DNA of 64,000 bases from Trichinella spiralis (taxonomy: Eukaryota). The position numbers and the translations under genes were made by a program. The stretch is from NCBI RefSeq assembly GCF_000181795.1, contig NW_003526948.1, positions 1,596,206 through 1,660,205 on the forward strand, given 5' to 3'. Below, piece after piece: positions 42,107 to 56,181 of the stretch. Numbering within the stretch: position 1 is the stretch's first letter; every line of letters begins with the position of its first letter. A model generated the notes under the pieces. It was not told the origin of the DNA. It searched no databases and saw only the letters and a program-made list of their open reading frames with translations.

Positions 42107-44226
42107 TTAGCAAAGACCGCAAGTTTTAGGGCAGTAAAGTTTGCGCAAAGTAGAAGTTGCATCTGAGTGACAGTCTTGAGTGTTAGGAATTTTTCTGTTG
42201 GAGTTTCTTTTAATAAAGTTTAACGCAAGACAATGCATATTCCAATAGTATCCATCGGAAGTGTCCATGCAGCGGTCCTCTGAAATGACAAGCTCGTTTT
42301 AAGAATTGCTTTTTGGGAAGAATTGCTTCAAATTTACTAAAACAGTTGCAGCAGGATCGCTGGCAGTGAAGCATTAATTTTCCTGGCAACTTCTCACACC
42401 AGCCATTAATCGCCATTATCGGGCAGTTCTGAAATACTTTAAAGCAATGCAGAATGAAATACATTTAACCATAATGATTGCATTTGTTACAAACAAACAA
42501 GTCGCTTTAAATTGTGCATAAGCAAACACAAATAAAAATGCCGTGTAATTAGAAAGTTATACATGAACAATTTATGAATTGCGGAATTGTTGCAGATCTT
42601 CAGATGAGTATTACTTACAATAGGATCTTCATCATTGCAGTTTTGCTCTTTTTTGCAATCTATTTTCCAAGTTGATAGTGAAAAATGCGGTCTTAGCGTC
42701 CACGGATTTATAGCTGATTCATCTGGTGCAGAAATCTCTTGGTCAGCGTGATCAGCAAAATGCAAAAAGTCAGTACAGTTGTAAAGCAGATTTATTTTTG
42801 TAAAATCTTTGGTGCTGAATGTCTTTTTGGGGCCAATTTGAACTCTGTAATGAAATTTCACAAAATGTTCTCTCTCATATTCAGTTATGAAACTTTACTC
42901 TGAAAATTATTATTCCACAGCACGATTCCACGTCTTATGCTTTGAGAATTTTTTTTAAAGATTATAAAACTGAAAAAATTTTTTTTCTGTTAAATTACCC
43001 TTCAACTTTAGCTACCATTGTTGGCTGTTTATCATTTATTGCCCAAGCAGTTGATTCATAATGCATGATAGAATTGTAGTCATATGGAGTCAATAGCTCT
43101 GCTTCACTTGGAAGTCGAATGGCATATTCAGGCCAATAAGCTATTGATTAACGAAACTGAATGCTTTACAAGGCAAAGTTGCCATTTTACCTGGTTTGAT
43201 GTTCTCATAAAAAATATTAACATGATGATCGCGATCATAACGAGAATGTTCGTGATAAAAGCCCAGTGTGTGCATCAGTTCGTGACGGATGACGTCAGGT
43301 CTCCAGCAGCGTTTTCCCAGTGATAAGCTCTGTCCACCTTGTATAGGATGAAATCCTACATATGACCAGCATCTGAATAAAGCAAATGAATTAAAGTTGA
43401 ACTTCATAACTCATTATCAACAAATTACCCTTTCAAGTCTGTTATAAAAAGATGATTTTTTGATCTTTTCTTTAGTCGCTTAAATTTCACGCAAGTGTTT
43501 CTTTGCAATTCATCTGTAACTTCTTGAAACATTCTCATCTTTTTATCATCTGAATTGAATTCACTGTCGGTGTATATGATAATGCAGAAATGAAATGTAA
43601 AATTTACCAATATATACTTTGTCAAAGTAGTAAAGTACCATCTTGTTTGGCCATCTTGATTGTATATCTTTTTTGGCGTTGCGTGTTAGTAAATTCTGAT
43701 TTTGAAATTAACTTACAAAGTGTAATGAAATTTGAATAGATATTACCATTTCTTTAGGTGACTTATCAAACAGTCTTTTTATATCTCCTTCGAAAAAGTC
43801 TACGTACAATACAAATTGATTTGTCATTTTTGGTTAATATTTATTTATTCATCTATGCAAATTTAATTAGAATTAGAATTCATATTAAACGTCCATAATA
43901 CAGTGAATTTAATTCAACAAATTATTGTACTTTAGGCATTTTATTTTACTTTATTTATTAAAAATTTATATCAATATTTGGGCATGTGAAATAAGCAATT
44001 TTAAATGTTCTCCACAAAGAAGCTCTTAAGAAAAGTAAACTTACCATGACCATTATTTGTCAGTTCAAATAAGGTGGGTTTTTCAGACAAAGTGCCTTTA
44101 TTAGTAAGAAAAAGCTGAATTTTCTAAAAAATAATTTATTTTAGTAAGCACTGGGTAGGAATTTTTGTGCAGTAAGCGTACAATTAGGAACGTTGAAATC
44201 ACATAAAAATTACGTCGATTCATCAT
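42107..44226 (-). CDS. Astacin (M12A, nas-like) zinc metalloprotease with two C-terminal ShK-like domains, multi-exon
   Basis: Prodomain FFEGDI and RNA..RWP; NTCVKF; CWSYVG; zinc motif HELMHTLGFYHEHSRYDRD; Met-turn YNSIMHY; ShK-like CNDEDP..CPIMAINGWC..HCQRSC and C-terminal LYCPKTCGLC-stop (TAA 42109-42107). Confidence 0.93.
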
Positions 44227-44714
44227 GATGGAAACGCTCAGCTGCTTCCACTGCAACTGTACATCAATTTTAGAAACTGTTTAAATATCACTTCATCACA
44301 CCGATGTCGCTAAAATTGTTAGCAAGAATGCATTCGAATTAGGCAGCATGTAATATCTAAGTATGCAATAGTGTTTACACTGCTGAAAAAACATGTTAAA
44401 AATGCATTATCAATTTCTTACATCTTTGCTGATAAAGTATTGTTATTAAATAGCTTTTCCAAGTTCATTTATGAGAAAAAAAGACCATTTTTTAAACACA
44501 GCATCAGAATGATCAAAGTAAAATTTATTTATTCATTATACAGTAAAATTTCGTTTGACACACCAAGTTCACTATAGGTGACATTGATTCCGATAAAAAT
44601 AAGTGCAGTTATGATAAAATATAGCACATTTTCATTTTTCTTTGACAAGGGCTATGGAAAAATCACGAGCATAGCCCTGGATCAATTGCTTCGAAAAGTA
44701 TACACCAATCATTT

Positions 44715-47700
44715 TTACAGATGACCAAGTTCTAATGCGTGATGTAATGCGAGTAGATCAGAATGATTTGTCACTCGCCAAAAGGGAAATTGCATCTGAA
44801 AGGAAAAATGTTTTGATGTATTTTAAATAGAAATAATTTTTCCATTCTATTCTCTAATATCATGTCCAACGTTACATTTAAATTATTGCATGGCATATAC
44901 AGTTACAGTTGTCAGTTAAATTTCATCCAAAGAAGGAGACAGTGGTGACTTACTTGTTTTGCCGCAACTTCTTCTTCACGACCATCACCGACAACTACAT
45001 AAGTGCACTTTTTGCCAAAACGGTGCAGAATGCGTTCAAAGCAAGCCTCTTTGCCTAAATTGTTTTCTATCAATATATATATATATATATAGGTATATTC
45101 TTCATTTTATTCTAGTTTATTATATTTCAAACCAATTTTTGCAGCGCAGTATATATTTTCAATTGGAAACATTGAGCTGAGGCCGTAAAGCAGCAGCTTT
45201 GCATAAGTTGGAATAAGGGGTGATGTGGTGACCAATATATTTGCGTAGTTGGTTCTGAAGTTTATAATATAATCAAATATAAAAATATAAATTAATTGAT
45301 AACTTACTTTGATGTGATTTGAGACAGACATTTAAGAACCAAACTGTGCCAAGAGTCAGTGAATGTTTCAATGTCGTTACGAATTTGAAGCCATTGCTCT
45401 TGTTTGCCACAGCCCAATAAACCTAAATGTGATTGAAGTCAGCAGTTTTGATGATTTTAGTTAATTTTAATACATTTCAGATAAATTTTAATTGCAAAAT
45501 GTGCTTCAGATTATTCATATTTTGATAAAGAACTGAAATGTTTGAATCTTAGTAGTTTTTTCTATACAAATATTAATTGTGCATTTGTTTTGTTAATTTT
45601 CACGCGTTTATAAACTTAAGATGCTATTTTATTCAAATTAAAGCAGTGAAGTAATATATAAATGGAGTTTATCATTCAAAGATATTGCATTTGAGTGCTA
45701 AGCAAAAGTGTATTTAAAAAAAAGTAATTTTCGTTCCTCATTAACCTTATCTGGTCTTAACGTTTTGCATTCATATTTCGCGAATTACTATAATATAACG
45801 AAAAATTATGATTTATTACCACAATGAAGGAAACCGTAGAAACTTAAGTTATTTTGAAATAAGTAATGCAATATTTTCAAAACAGAATAATCAGAAGTAG
45901 CTGGCACAACATGCAGTACACTAAATGGAATGTGTTAATGCTTGCTATCTTTCATATTATTAATTACAGACTCATTGAATGATGAATGATATGTATGCTC
46001 ATTTAAATATTGAGTGTTTAATTGGTAAAAGAAGTGAATAATCCAAGATTTGCCTTACCGCCTACGTTGTCTTTGTAAAGATTGTACAAATCACGAATTC
46101 TTCGATAACGAAATGCAATTTTTCGCATAAAATCAATACTTCCACGGACTCCAGGAACTAAACAGAATGTTGCAGCATTTGTTGTCGGTATGGGCAATCC
46201 CTCAGAAGAGAGTGAAAATGTTCTTAAATAAAATAATCAATCAGTTATCATTATTTAATATTTGATAAGTAATGTCAATTTGTTGCACATGTGCATTTTT
46301 TAATTTAAAAGAAAAGTATCGATTATTTTATCTACTTACGACAGATCTTGAGAGTCATCAGCGGCTATATCATCAATATGGGCTTGATCGCAGTCTTCAA
46401 GCTCATTGAAAAAGAAATGCGTATCAGATAGATAGAAAATTAATTCTTCCATGCGTAAGCCAACGGAAACGGAAGCATTTACATCTTTGTCGAATTTAGA
46501 TGCGTAAGCTCCTGTTAAAAGCGAGTGAAATAAAATGCAAGTTTCATCCAGATCCCAGAGGAAAATCCTTTCATAACTTCCATCCAAGGTCGGTGACATA
46601 TTTGCTGTTCGCCTGCGTTTTCCTTTAGCTATAATGATAAATTAAAAACAAAAATGCATTGAATAAATATTTTCATTGAAAGTTTTGCTCACATTTCTTT
46701 GAATCGGAACTGATTTTTGATGTCGGGGAATCAATGGAGAAAGCATCAGCAGATGACTGACTGGAATTATGAGTAGAGATTGATGTGCAAGATGGGATCT
46801 GAGTCAGTTGATATGTTGCTGTGCTTGCTGCTCCTGCGTTTGAGGACCCAACACATGCCAACGGGCCATTGTATGCTGGATATGGGCCGAGATTTGTATA
46901 ATACTGTGGGTACGTTTGCGGATACCCTCCAACAGTGCTGTATCCCCCGTACTCTAAAGCTTGGTTTGCTCCAGCAAAATTTTGTGGATTGACAATTCCA
47001 CCGGTCGCAAACGATGGTGCAGCATATGCAGTGCCTGTAAAAAACCAACAGATAGTTTTCAACTAGGTACTGAGTTTATAAATAATGTAACCGTAGTATG
47101 CATTAGCAGGTGATATTCCAGCTGTAGCTGCACTGAGGTAGGCATTCAAAGGGTATGGATTGGACTTTATACTGCGGCCTATAAATAAATTGGTAATAAT
47201 ACTTATTACTTATGTTGAATGACATTTTTCATTGACGAACCACAAGCTTGGGCAAATACAGTGGGGTAAGAAGACTGATTTGATTGACTGCCATAAAAGG
47301 CGCCATGATTCGTTGTTGAAATGCTGTAGTTCGACAGTGGAGACTGACCGTTATACATTGCGCTTAAAAATGTACATGTTTATGCTTTAAATATCTAGGC
47401 AAACGCATTTACCTGGCACAGTAAGGTGACAAGGCAGATGATGTAGAGACACCACAGAGTAGACTTTTTCCACTTGCTATATCCGCTTAAAGAATGAATT
47501 TTATTAAAATCTTTTTTTTTAATTTAAAACACTCTATTTGAAACAATATCAGAACAGAAGCAACGCATGCAGTGCTCATTGCGCTTTGCTAATTGGAGGC
47601 TATGTTAAATATTTTTAAAAAATAACGCTAAAAAGTCTTACAAGTAGAACCCATTTCTGCAGATATAGTGCCATACATCATTGCAGCAGCCCCTTTTATT

Positions 47701-48481
47701 GCGCTGTTTGGACTGGATGCAAGTGTAGGTCTTGCTAAAGTTTCAACGGCAATCACTTTGTTAGAATGTGCACTATTGTTGCCTAAAGCAATTGAAAAGC
47801 ATTATTATTAGTAGTATTAGTATTAATATTATTATCATCATATTACTCGACCAATTTTTTCAAAATTGCAATGCAATCAAAAAGGTAACTTTTTAATTTA
47901 TTGCTATAGTGTTGTAAAGCACTTTCAGAAATTTTAGCTTTATCAATCCAGTGTAATGCACTAGAAATCCTGTTAAAAGTAATGCAAGTTTCATATTAGA
48001 AAAATAAAATGCATGCGTTAAATAGAAATACATGCAATATGAATAATGAAATAATAATAATGTGCACTTTGACGCTTGTTGAAAGTTTCTAAAAGTAAGA
48101 TATTTGCTTGAACTTACTTGAAGTAAAACTATCAGAAGACCATCGTGAAGCAGATGTATAGCTAGAACACTCTTCTGCAGAGCTTTGAGAAGAAACGGAA
48201 AAATAAAGCGACGCTGCTGAATCAGTAAGCCGCGCACACGGCGATGCACTAAGCTGAAATCGGGTTTGCTGCGGCGCTGCACTGTCTACAAAGTTCGCTG
48301 CGCCACCTGGTAGGTCAAAATCATTACTAGATGATTTGGCTTGTAATGTTGATGGGGATGGTTGTATTATGAAACTTGGGCCAACCACTGTAAAAGCTGA
48401 AGATTCGGCACCACTTTCTGTAGAAATCGTCGATGTCGGCTGTTGTTGTTGTTGTTGATCTGTATCCGTCGAGCAATTCAA
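44715..48481 (-). CDS. eya: Eyes absent homolog (HAD-family Tyr phosphatase/coactivator), multi-exon; 5' end lies further upstream (candidate exons ~48560-48655 and 52842-52923)
   Basis: [90 protein letters not shown]-terminal [27 protein letters not shown]; Ser/Tyr/Pro-rich N-terminal exons. Confidence 0.97.
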
Positions 48482-49991
48482 TGGATTGTTTGCACTGAAA
48501 TATGCATATTTGTTTTGTTGCTCTTAATTTGTTCATCATGTTCTTCAAACTACTGCATACGTACGTGAACTGCTTGAATGAATCGATATTGGTCGTATCG
48601 AAGCTTGGAACAATTAAGCGCGATCGACAGTGCAACGTACCACGCTTGTATGCCTGAAAAATTTGCATTAGTAGAAGTTGAGAGAAAAAGTACCTGATAT
48701 TGCTTGAATTTTTTGTTTTCAACGTAGCTGTCGCGGGTCAAACAAGCATTGACCTCGAAAGTCAGTTTTGCAACAGATTAATTGACGCAGCTGTCAAATC
48801 AACAAGCTGAAGATTAGCCTCTGTATAGTGTCAAGAAATTTAGAGTTGCAAACTTAAAATGTTGAAGAGAAAATTTATTCTGAACATTGCCCCTCAGCTG
48901 TCAGGAAAACTGATCCAAAATATTTCCACAACGGTGACGTGTTATCGTATGCCACTGCTCTCCGCCTACTTCGGCTGCATCGATTGGAACATGCTAGTGC
49001 AACTTTGGCAACCTGCTTTTTTAACAACCAATCAAAGATGAGCACAACTGGTGTCTGTAACTGAAGCCTGACGCTTGCGCATACCAGGGACGACTAAATT
49101 TTGTTGAACAAGTTGCGGATTAATATGCATTGTTATAAAAGTAAAAATATACACCTCTACGGCATCAGACGTGGACATTAAAAAAGATTTCTATTCTTTC
49201 TCTTTCATTAAAGAAATGAAGAAAATGAAAATGACAAACCACATGCATACTTTACAGATTTGAAATTTGAAAACCCTTTAGGAGAGAATTAGACAAAAAG
49301 AAATAAAAAGATTCACTTCTGAGACAGTATAATTAATAATGGAAAATTCATGATCAGCTGAAAATGGTGATCACGAGGAGAAGAAGAAAAGAGGCAAGCA
49401 GGCACCTGAATGAACAAAAAGTCATCGAATGGATATTGGACAAACAAATAACGCCCTATGGTTAAGCGGGTTGAATAAAGCGACAGGAGCCTTGATTCAA
49501 TGGTCAAGTGGACAAAGCGCTGCTTGCTTGCGGCAGCAGGCGAACAGCAGATTCACTTAGCACGGGAACTTAGCGCTTTTTTTTGGTGCATTGTACGCGT
49601 GGGCTGCATAGAAAGATGAGTTATAATAGTCACTTAACGACTGGCTTCTTCTTCTTCGCCCGGCCGACCAGCCATTGTCTACCAATAGCAAGCAAACAAT
49701 AGTCGCCAGTGGTCACAAAAACTCAGCTGGCGCGTCCGCTTCAACCCCGAACCGTCTGAGGAGGCCAGTGGCCAATGTAGTGGACGTCCTGCGGAGGGTC
49801 GCTAGCAAAGCGTCGAACAAAAGCATTACATTGTGCAATTTTCGCTCTTTGGTCATTATCCAAGCAGAGCATCAGCCATAATTGGCCCTGACTGTGAGTG
49901 GAACAGTAATGTAACAGTAAAGGCCATGCAACCCAATTGCTCATTTCATCGGTCGCCACAGTCTCAGTAACTGATTTGGTGCTATAAGACT

Positions 49992-50024
<33 letters not shown>

Positions 50025-50047
50025 AGAAAGAAAGAAAGAAAGAAAGA
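49992..50047. repeat. (GA)n(GAAA)n microsatellite
   Basis: Directly visible. Confidence 0.9.
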
Positions 50048-53000
50048 TACTTCATCATTGTTCTTGATCAGCTCAAAACAACTGGGAAATCTATGTTAAC
50101 ATCAGTTGTATCAAAAATAATTGCATATTATCTTTGGTACAGGTTGATCTTTGACATGTCACAATATCTGCCAATTTTATTTACAACATACAGTAAGAAA
50201 TTTAGTTGTAAAATCTTATGATAAAAAATTTCCAAAAGTTTTCCATTTACAAATATTTTGCATAGTGTAAGAATAAGTGAAATCTTCGAAATTATTCAAC
50301 TTACAAAGCCTAATATTCAGTAATAATGCCTGAAATGAAAAATAACTTTCTTGAAAAATATCATGAAAGGGGGAATTGCTTAGCTTGTGAATGTGGTGCA
50401 TCTAATACCCATAAAAAATTGCCATACCATTTTTCATGCTTTATGTATATATTTATATGTATATAAAATAATGCCTTTATGAACAAACATCTCGTTTGCA
50501 GCATGTCTAACAAAAATTATTTCAGTCAATCATTCTGCATCGTATTATTTTCTGTGCTAATTATTAATTTGTATACTTTTTTCTATTGTTTGAAAATAAT
50601 GAATAATAAAAAATGTTGCGAATGCTTTGCAGTGTAACGCTACACCGTCACTATACAACTCTTAACGTGTATTTTTAGTCCAAATATTCCATTTATATGT
50701 AATCGATATGGTAGTTAAATTTGATGACAGCGCAGAAGCTACTGTTTTGAACTGTGTAGACTTTATAAAGGAGCAATATTAAACTACGAATCGAAAAAAT
50801 GATGTATCCGTTTTGTAATTTGCATTTCTTCCCTGGTCAATACTTGCACATGGAAAAGTTGGACTTATAGAAAAGTTCACTTAAAACCATTAACTGATTT
50901 GCAATTGCATCAGCTTATGTTGTAGGTCGATCGTTTTGTAGGATGCAAATGCACGTGCAAACAATGCATGATTTTGAACAAACACTAATCTGTTTGGCAA
51001 ACTTTGCCATCGTCGTTGCGCAGCTAATAAGTCGCCTACTTAATAGGAGCCCTAATTAAAGGCGACTTTTTCTACAAACCTTTGCTTTGCTGAATGCGGA
51101 CCGTCTGTTCAGTCTGAAAAGCTAGCTAACTTTGTTTGGCCGCGTGCTACTGTAACAAGATGCGGAATCGATACGCGCCTGTGTTAGTGCTATTAGCAGA
51201 CTAGCTAATGGGCACCATTACGTTTAAAGTTCAATAAATGTATCGACATAGTAACAAATGATATGAATAGTCTTAAAATAAACGTAAAATTTTGTAAAAT
51301 ATTGCATTTTTCAATGCCAACGTTTTAACTAGCATTTTGAATTTAGAGAGATGTTTAAAAATTTGATATTTTTAAGAATCTTTAGACGTTACTGAAATGT
51401 AGAAAAATTTATTATACGTATATATTTGTATAGTTTGAAGAAAAATTCTGCTTGAAGTAAGAGGATTTGGTGCTGATCAGTAGTACTTTGCTTTCTAATC
51501 AGGTCGTGCTCAGCAGAAGATGGACTATGGTGAAAATCGTCATTAGGTCAGTTAGAGAGTTGGATCATTACAGTATACAAGCAAATGGCACGCTTTGCTG
51601 TAGATATACTTGCTTGAAATATTCCAACAGACGTATTTTGTTTTCAAGACATATGTTCAGGAAGGAGGGACAAGTAGTCTGAGGGGTTGGACTAAGCTGA
51701 TCGCCTGTCATGAACAGTTGATTAGCCTTGGCATATGACCAGCTCAGGTGCCGAAGTTGAACTGCGCCTCGGAAGCTAAATTAACAACGATAAACTTGCT
51801 GACCGGAAGTTTAGTGGGTCAGCGTTTGTTTTGAAGCGTGGCAGCTAACCATGTTGGCAATCAGCCGGCGCCGTATTATCCCACAATGATTAGTAGTGAA
51901 AAGCAAACTTTTCAAAAATGAATAAATAAAAAATCAAAAAGCAATTATGACTGATTGTTATTAATGATGTAGCAATTTTATTTTTAACTGATTAATCACG
52001 AAAGAGAAAACATTCGCATACTTTTTCATGGTAATTTTCTCCACAAATCAGAAGCAAAGTGAAATGCAGCTAATAAAGTTGTCATGAAAATGATTTATTA
52101 GTATTACATTATTTATTACGTATTGTAAAATGATTTCAGCTTGTTCGAGATAATTGTTCATTATGTGCTGCGATTGCATATGCAAGCTTGTCTAATTTCT
52201 GATGTATAATAAGTCCAAATTGTAATAATAAATAATATAATGAATTCTCTAATGATAAGGTATGGAATTTTTGCATATTTCTGTTTTTATAAAGTATATG
52301 AATAAAGTACCGTGATAAACATTTAATTTGATCAGTAAGTTCACGCATATTGTAATAAATTTGTTACCGTATATTTATGTAGTAAAGTTTTTAAGCTTGT
52401 TTCTCTCTTTAGTTATATTGTAAATAAAAGTATAAAGCATTTGAGGATATTTTGAATTCAAATTTACTAACTCGAAAATATTAATATTCGACGAATTGTC
52501 CACTCATTTCAAGCATTATCAGGTCTAACATTTGAATTAAAGGAACGTGAGCTTTAAATTTAATTCTAATCATGAACAAGAATTGTAAGAGTGTAATTAT
52601 TTCACCGTTACAAATATATCAGTCTACTTATCTACTATATTTACAAATATATCAGTCATATTAAAATATGCAAAAATTGTTAATGTTAAAGTATTAAGTT
52701 TCACAAATGGAATAATTGTGCTATGATAATTATATTTCCACAAAAATAAAGCATACTTAAAATGTAATTGATGATAGTGAAAATTATGAAGCAGTGCCTT
52801 AAAATTATTAAAAAAATCCAAAGGAAAAGAAAAGGCTTTACCTCGAAACGACCCTAGCCAGCGGTGTGAATTGATGACGCTGATGGTATTGATCAAGTTG
52901 GCGAAAAGGAAGCAACGGTCCATGTTGGAAAAGTGATTTTGAGAATTGGAGCAGGTAAAAGTGAGAAAGAACGCAGAATTAGAATTTTTGAAGAACTAAC

Positions 53001-53094
53001 AGACAATGGAGAAGAGCTGAAGAAAGATAAAGTGAATGGAGAAGGTAACGTAAACTCGTACAGGGTATCAAGAAAGATGAGAAGACGCGAAATT

Positions 53095-53134
53095 GCTAGC
53101 TAGCTAGCTAGCTAGTTAGCTTGCTTGCTTGCTA
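53095..53134. repeat. (TAGC)n/(TTGC)n tetranucleotide repeat
   Basis: gctagctagctagctagctagttagcttgcttgcttgctag. Confidence 0.85.
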
Positions 53135-56100
53135 GTCTATGTGCAATGTCGTGTTAGTTAAACTGTGGAAGCTGACCTGCCTTTGAGGCTGAGAATGAAA
53201 CCGAACCTTTCTGCCTGCCTGCATGCGTCCGCGTGAGTCGGCCGGTTCCTGTGCAAGCGATCTGACCGCCAGTCACTTAATCCGAAAACTCAGCTACCAC
53301 GACGCGGCCATTTAAAACTTGGATGAAATGTCATCGTTGTTGAAACTTTACCCACAGCTAAATACAACTCACCGGGTTGGACACGTTTAATACAACAGAC
53401 TGGCCAAACCCCTGACCAGATCCCATCGACGCCTGCTTATCATGTCCACTACTTTTCATCTGCTTGAATGCTGCGAAACCATTTCATGCGGTTGCTAACA
53501 AATTTTCAAAATGACGACATCCAACACCACCACAACAGCTCCTCACAACATTCATATGATACTTACTGCTGAGCACGTGACTGGCGTATTCGTCATTCGC
53601 AACTTCTCTCCCTCTCTCTATCTCTTTGTGAAACATGAATGTAAATAATGAAAAAGCATTGAAAGATTGGTTGGTTGAAACAAAAAAATTATAATAACAA
53701 CATTCAAGCTTTTTTTCTTCAAAAAAGCAAAAACTACAATGACACTCTACCACACATTGCCTTCATCTGTTCTACTGGGTACACTTTTGCGCTTGGTAGA
53801 GGGAGGGGGGGGGCAATTTGTTAAGAAGCAACGACTGGTCAATATTTGCAAGCCTCAACCGACCGACAGTACTACAATGCACAACTGTCCTCAGCGGTTG
53901 TCGCAAAGTCATAAACATCGGGTCCAGCTCTTGACGTGGAAAACAAACGGGGTCGAGAAGAGGCGTGGAAAAAAGCCATTATTCTTTGAAGAAACTAACT
54001 TGACGTTGACAAATAATAAATAATAAACGCACCATCGTGCGAATAATCATCTCGATGCAGTGGTTCCAAACATTTTTCCGGATATATCCATTGTAGACAA
54101 TAAATTTTCTAATCGAGCTAATAGATTTGTGATTACAGTTTTTGTAAAAGTAAAAGCTGTTCAAATATGCACAATATCCTGTACACATTTTTCTACACGA
54201 AAAGGTCAGTTAAACAAAATATACAACGAGTATGCTTTTCGTTTTATTGCAAAAACAAAAGTTATATTCCTGATGAATGTCAATTTTTTTCATATAATTT
54301 TCAAATTTCAAAACGCCCATTTCAAGTATTATATTTGTTGCTTATTCAAAATTCACATTGCAAATATTTTCGACTAGAATCTAATTGATTCATAGCACTA
54401 CATGATAAATGAAACATCAAATAGCGTAGTCTTATTTTTTTGAAAGTTGCTGTTGCTCTTAAACGAATAATTTCATATTTCTGTTTATTTAAACTAGTCA
54501 ACATTAGCTCATTATTACAGTAGTTTAAGTGGAATTAAGTAAAAAATGCACTGTATTATTAGTTTGATGCATATTGTTGTTGATTTAGAGAAGTGATTTG
54601 ATTTTATATAGATAAAAAGTTTTATTTTTGTTTTGATGCTATGATAACGATGAACAAACAACAATAAAGTTGCCAAGCTTGGCAAACAGGAAAATGTTCC
54701 GAGTTTCCTTCAGCTTCGTCTTCACGTTGGAATTCATGGCAAAACTTGAAATTGAAAAGGTTTTCGAAATTTTTCTCATTAACATGCTCTGCTTTAAGGC
54801 TGATCATTTTCACGACAGCCGAACGCCTTTGTAGCATGCTGTGATCAATCGTCAAGTGTCAAATGTCCAAAGTCTATGCGCGACCATATTTTTGATACCT
54901 GATCTTCGCTATTCACTGATCGATGCGCATCGTGAAATCACCCGCACACATTTAGCAGAGTGCATATGATACCACGGTAAGGTGATCCTGCGATTGTTGG
55001 TTCCGCCTGTCAAAAGTCTACTGCCAGCAATCGAAAAATATTGAACTGCTAATTGCTGCTTTCATATTTTACCTTCTGAATTCAATGAACAACTGTTAAA
55101 CATTATTTGCAATAATTATATTTTCAAAACAGTGCATTATTGAAATTCACACTTGCAACAATAAGTAATACATTATTATTATGAAGAAAAAAGCCAAACC
55201 CAATTGATTATTCCAATCTACTTGCAAATGATATTCATTTCAATCTATTCTACTAACTTTTAGTTGTTATGATGAAGTGAAATTACTTTAAAATGACTTT
55301 ACAATTGAACATTGTGTTCATTATTTTTTTCTCTACGTTTAACGTTTACCGTTTTACCGGAAAATGAATGTTTGGTTGTTAGGTCATGTCAATGTTCAGA
55401 AACGGAAACACGCAAACACAAGCAGCTGAATGTAGTTAGGCTGACAAATATTTACTTCTGTTATAGCAGGATGAGACATATGGATAGCGCTTTTGCGGTA
55501 ACAGAAGCAAAATCGTCAGCTTCTACGCAAACAGATATTGCAAACTGAAATATCGATTTTGATGTCTATTTCTGTAGCAATTAAAATGAATCATTCATTT
55601 CAACATAAAAGATTGAACTTAGCATCTCTAAAAAAGGAAAATAACCCCTTACAATAAAAATATTTCAAATTATCTATCAATTCAATTTTAAAACTTTTAT
55701 TTTTAAAAAGTCTACTTGTCATATTTTAATTATCTCTACAATACTGCAATAAAAAACCTCAGTGATATTAACAAATTTACAGTGAAAACCCCTGAGTATA
55801 ACACTGTAATAAATATTTAAAATTTATTTCATTAATTTTAACAACAATTTTATAGTTTTAAAGCATCTTAAGAATAACAAAATCCAAGTTAATAAGAACG
55901 TTGAATTGATTTCTGTTTATGAAAGCTAAATACTGCCGAAACTCTACATAACCTTATAAAAATATTAAAAATGAAAATTTTGAATTTTTCATAAAAATTA
56001 AACATTAAATTTCTTCAGATGCATATTGAATAAAATAAAAATAAATATTATTAACAATTTGTTAGTCTCAATTCTAACTGTAATACAGTAAATCGAAATT

Positions 56101-56181
56101 CATCCTTGAAAATCTTTTTGCAAAATTTTCTAATGATTTGCAGTAACGATGTTGTTTTTAAGCTATTGAAAAAAGCTGAAT

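Larger units (their letters stand above)
48800..55100 (-). promoter_or_regulatory. Probable eya 5' introns and upstream cis-regulatory region
   Basis: More than 6 kb with no convincing protein-coding ORF, containing several locally GC-richer islands (~49400-49980, 50920-51220, 51640-51900, 53090-53470, 54800-55030) upstream of a developmental regulator. Function is inferred. Confidence 0.45.

Noticed and set aside
53368..53392. TCACCGGG miR-36-family-like seed
   Set aside because: No complementary arm upstream.
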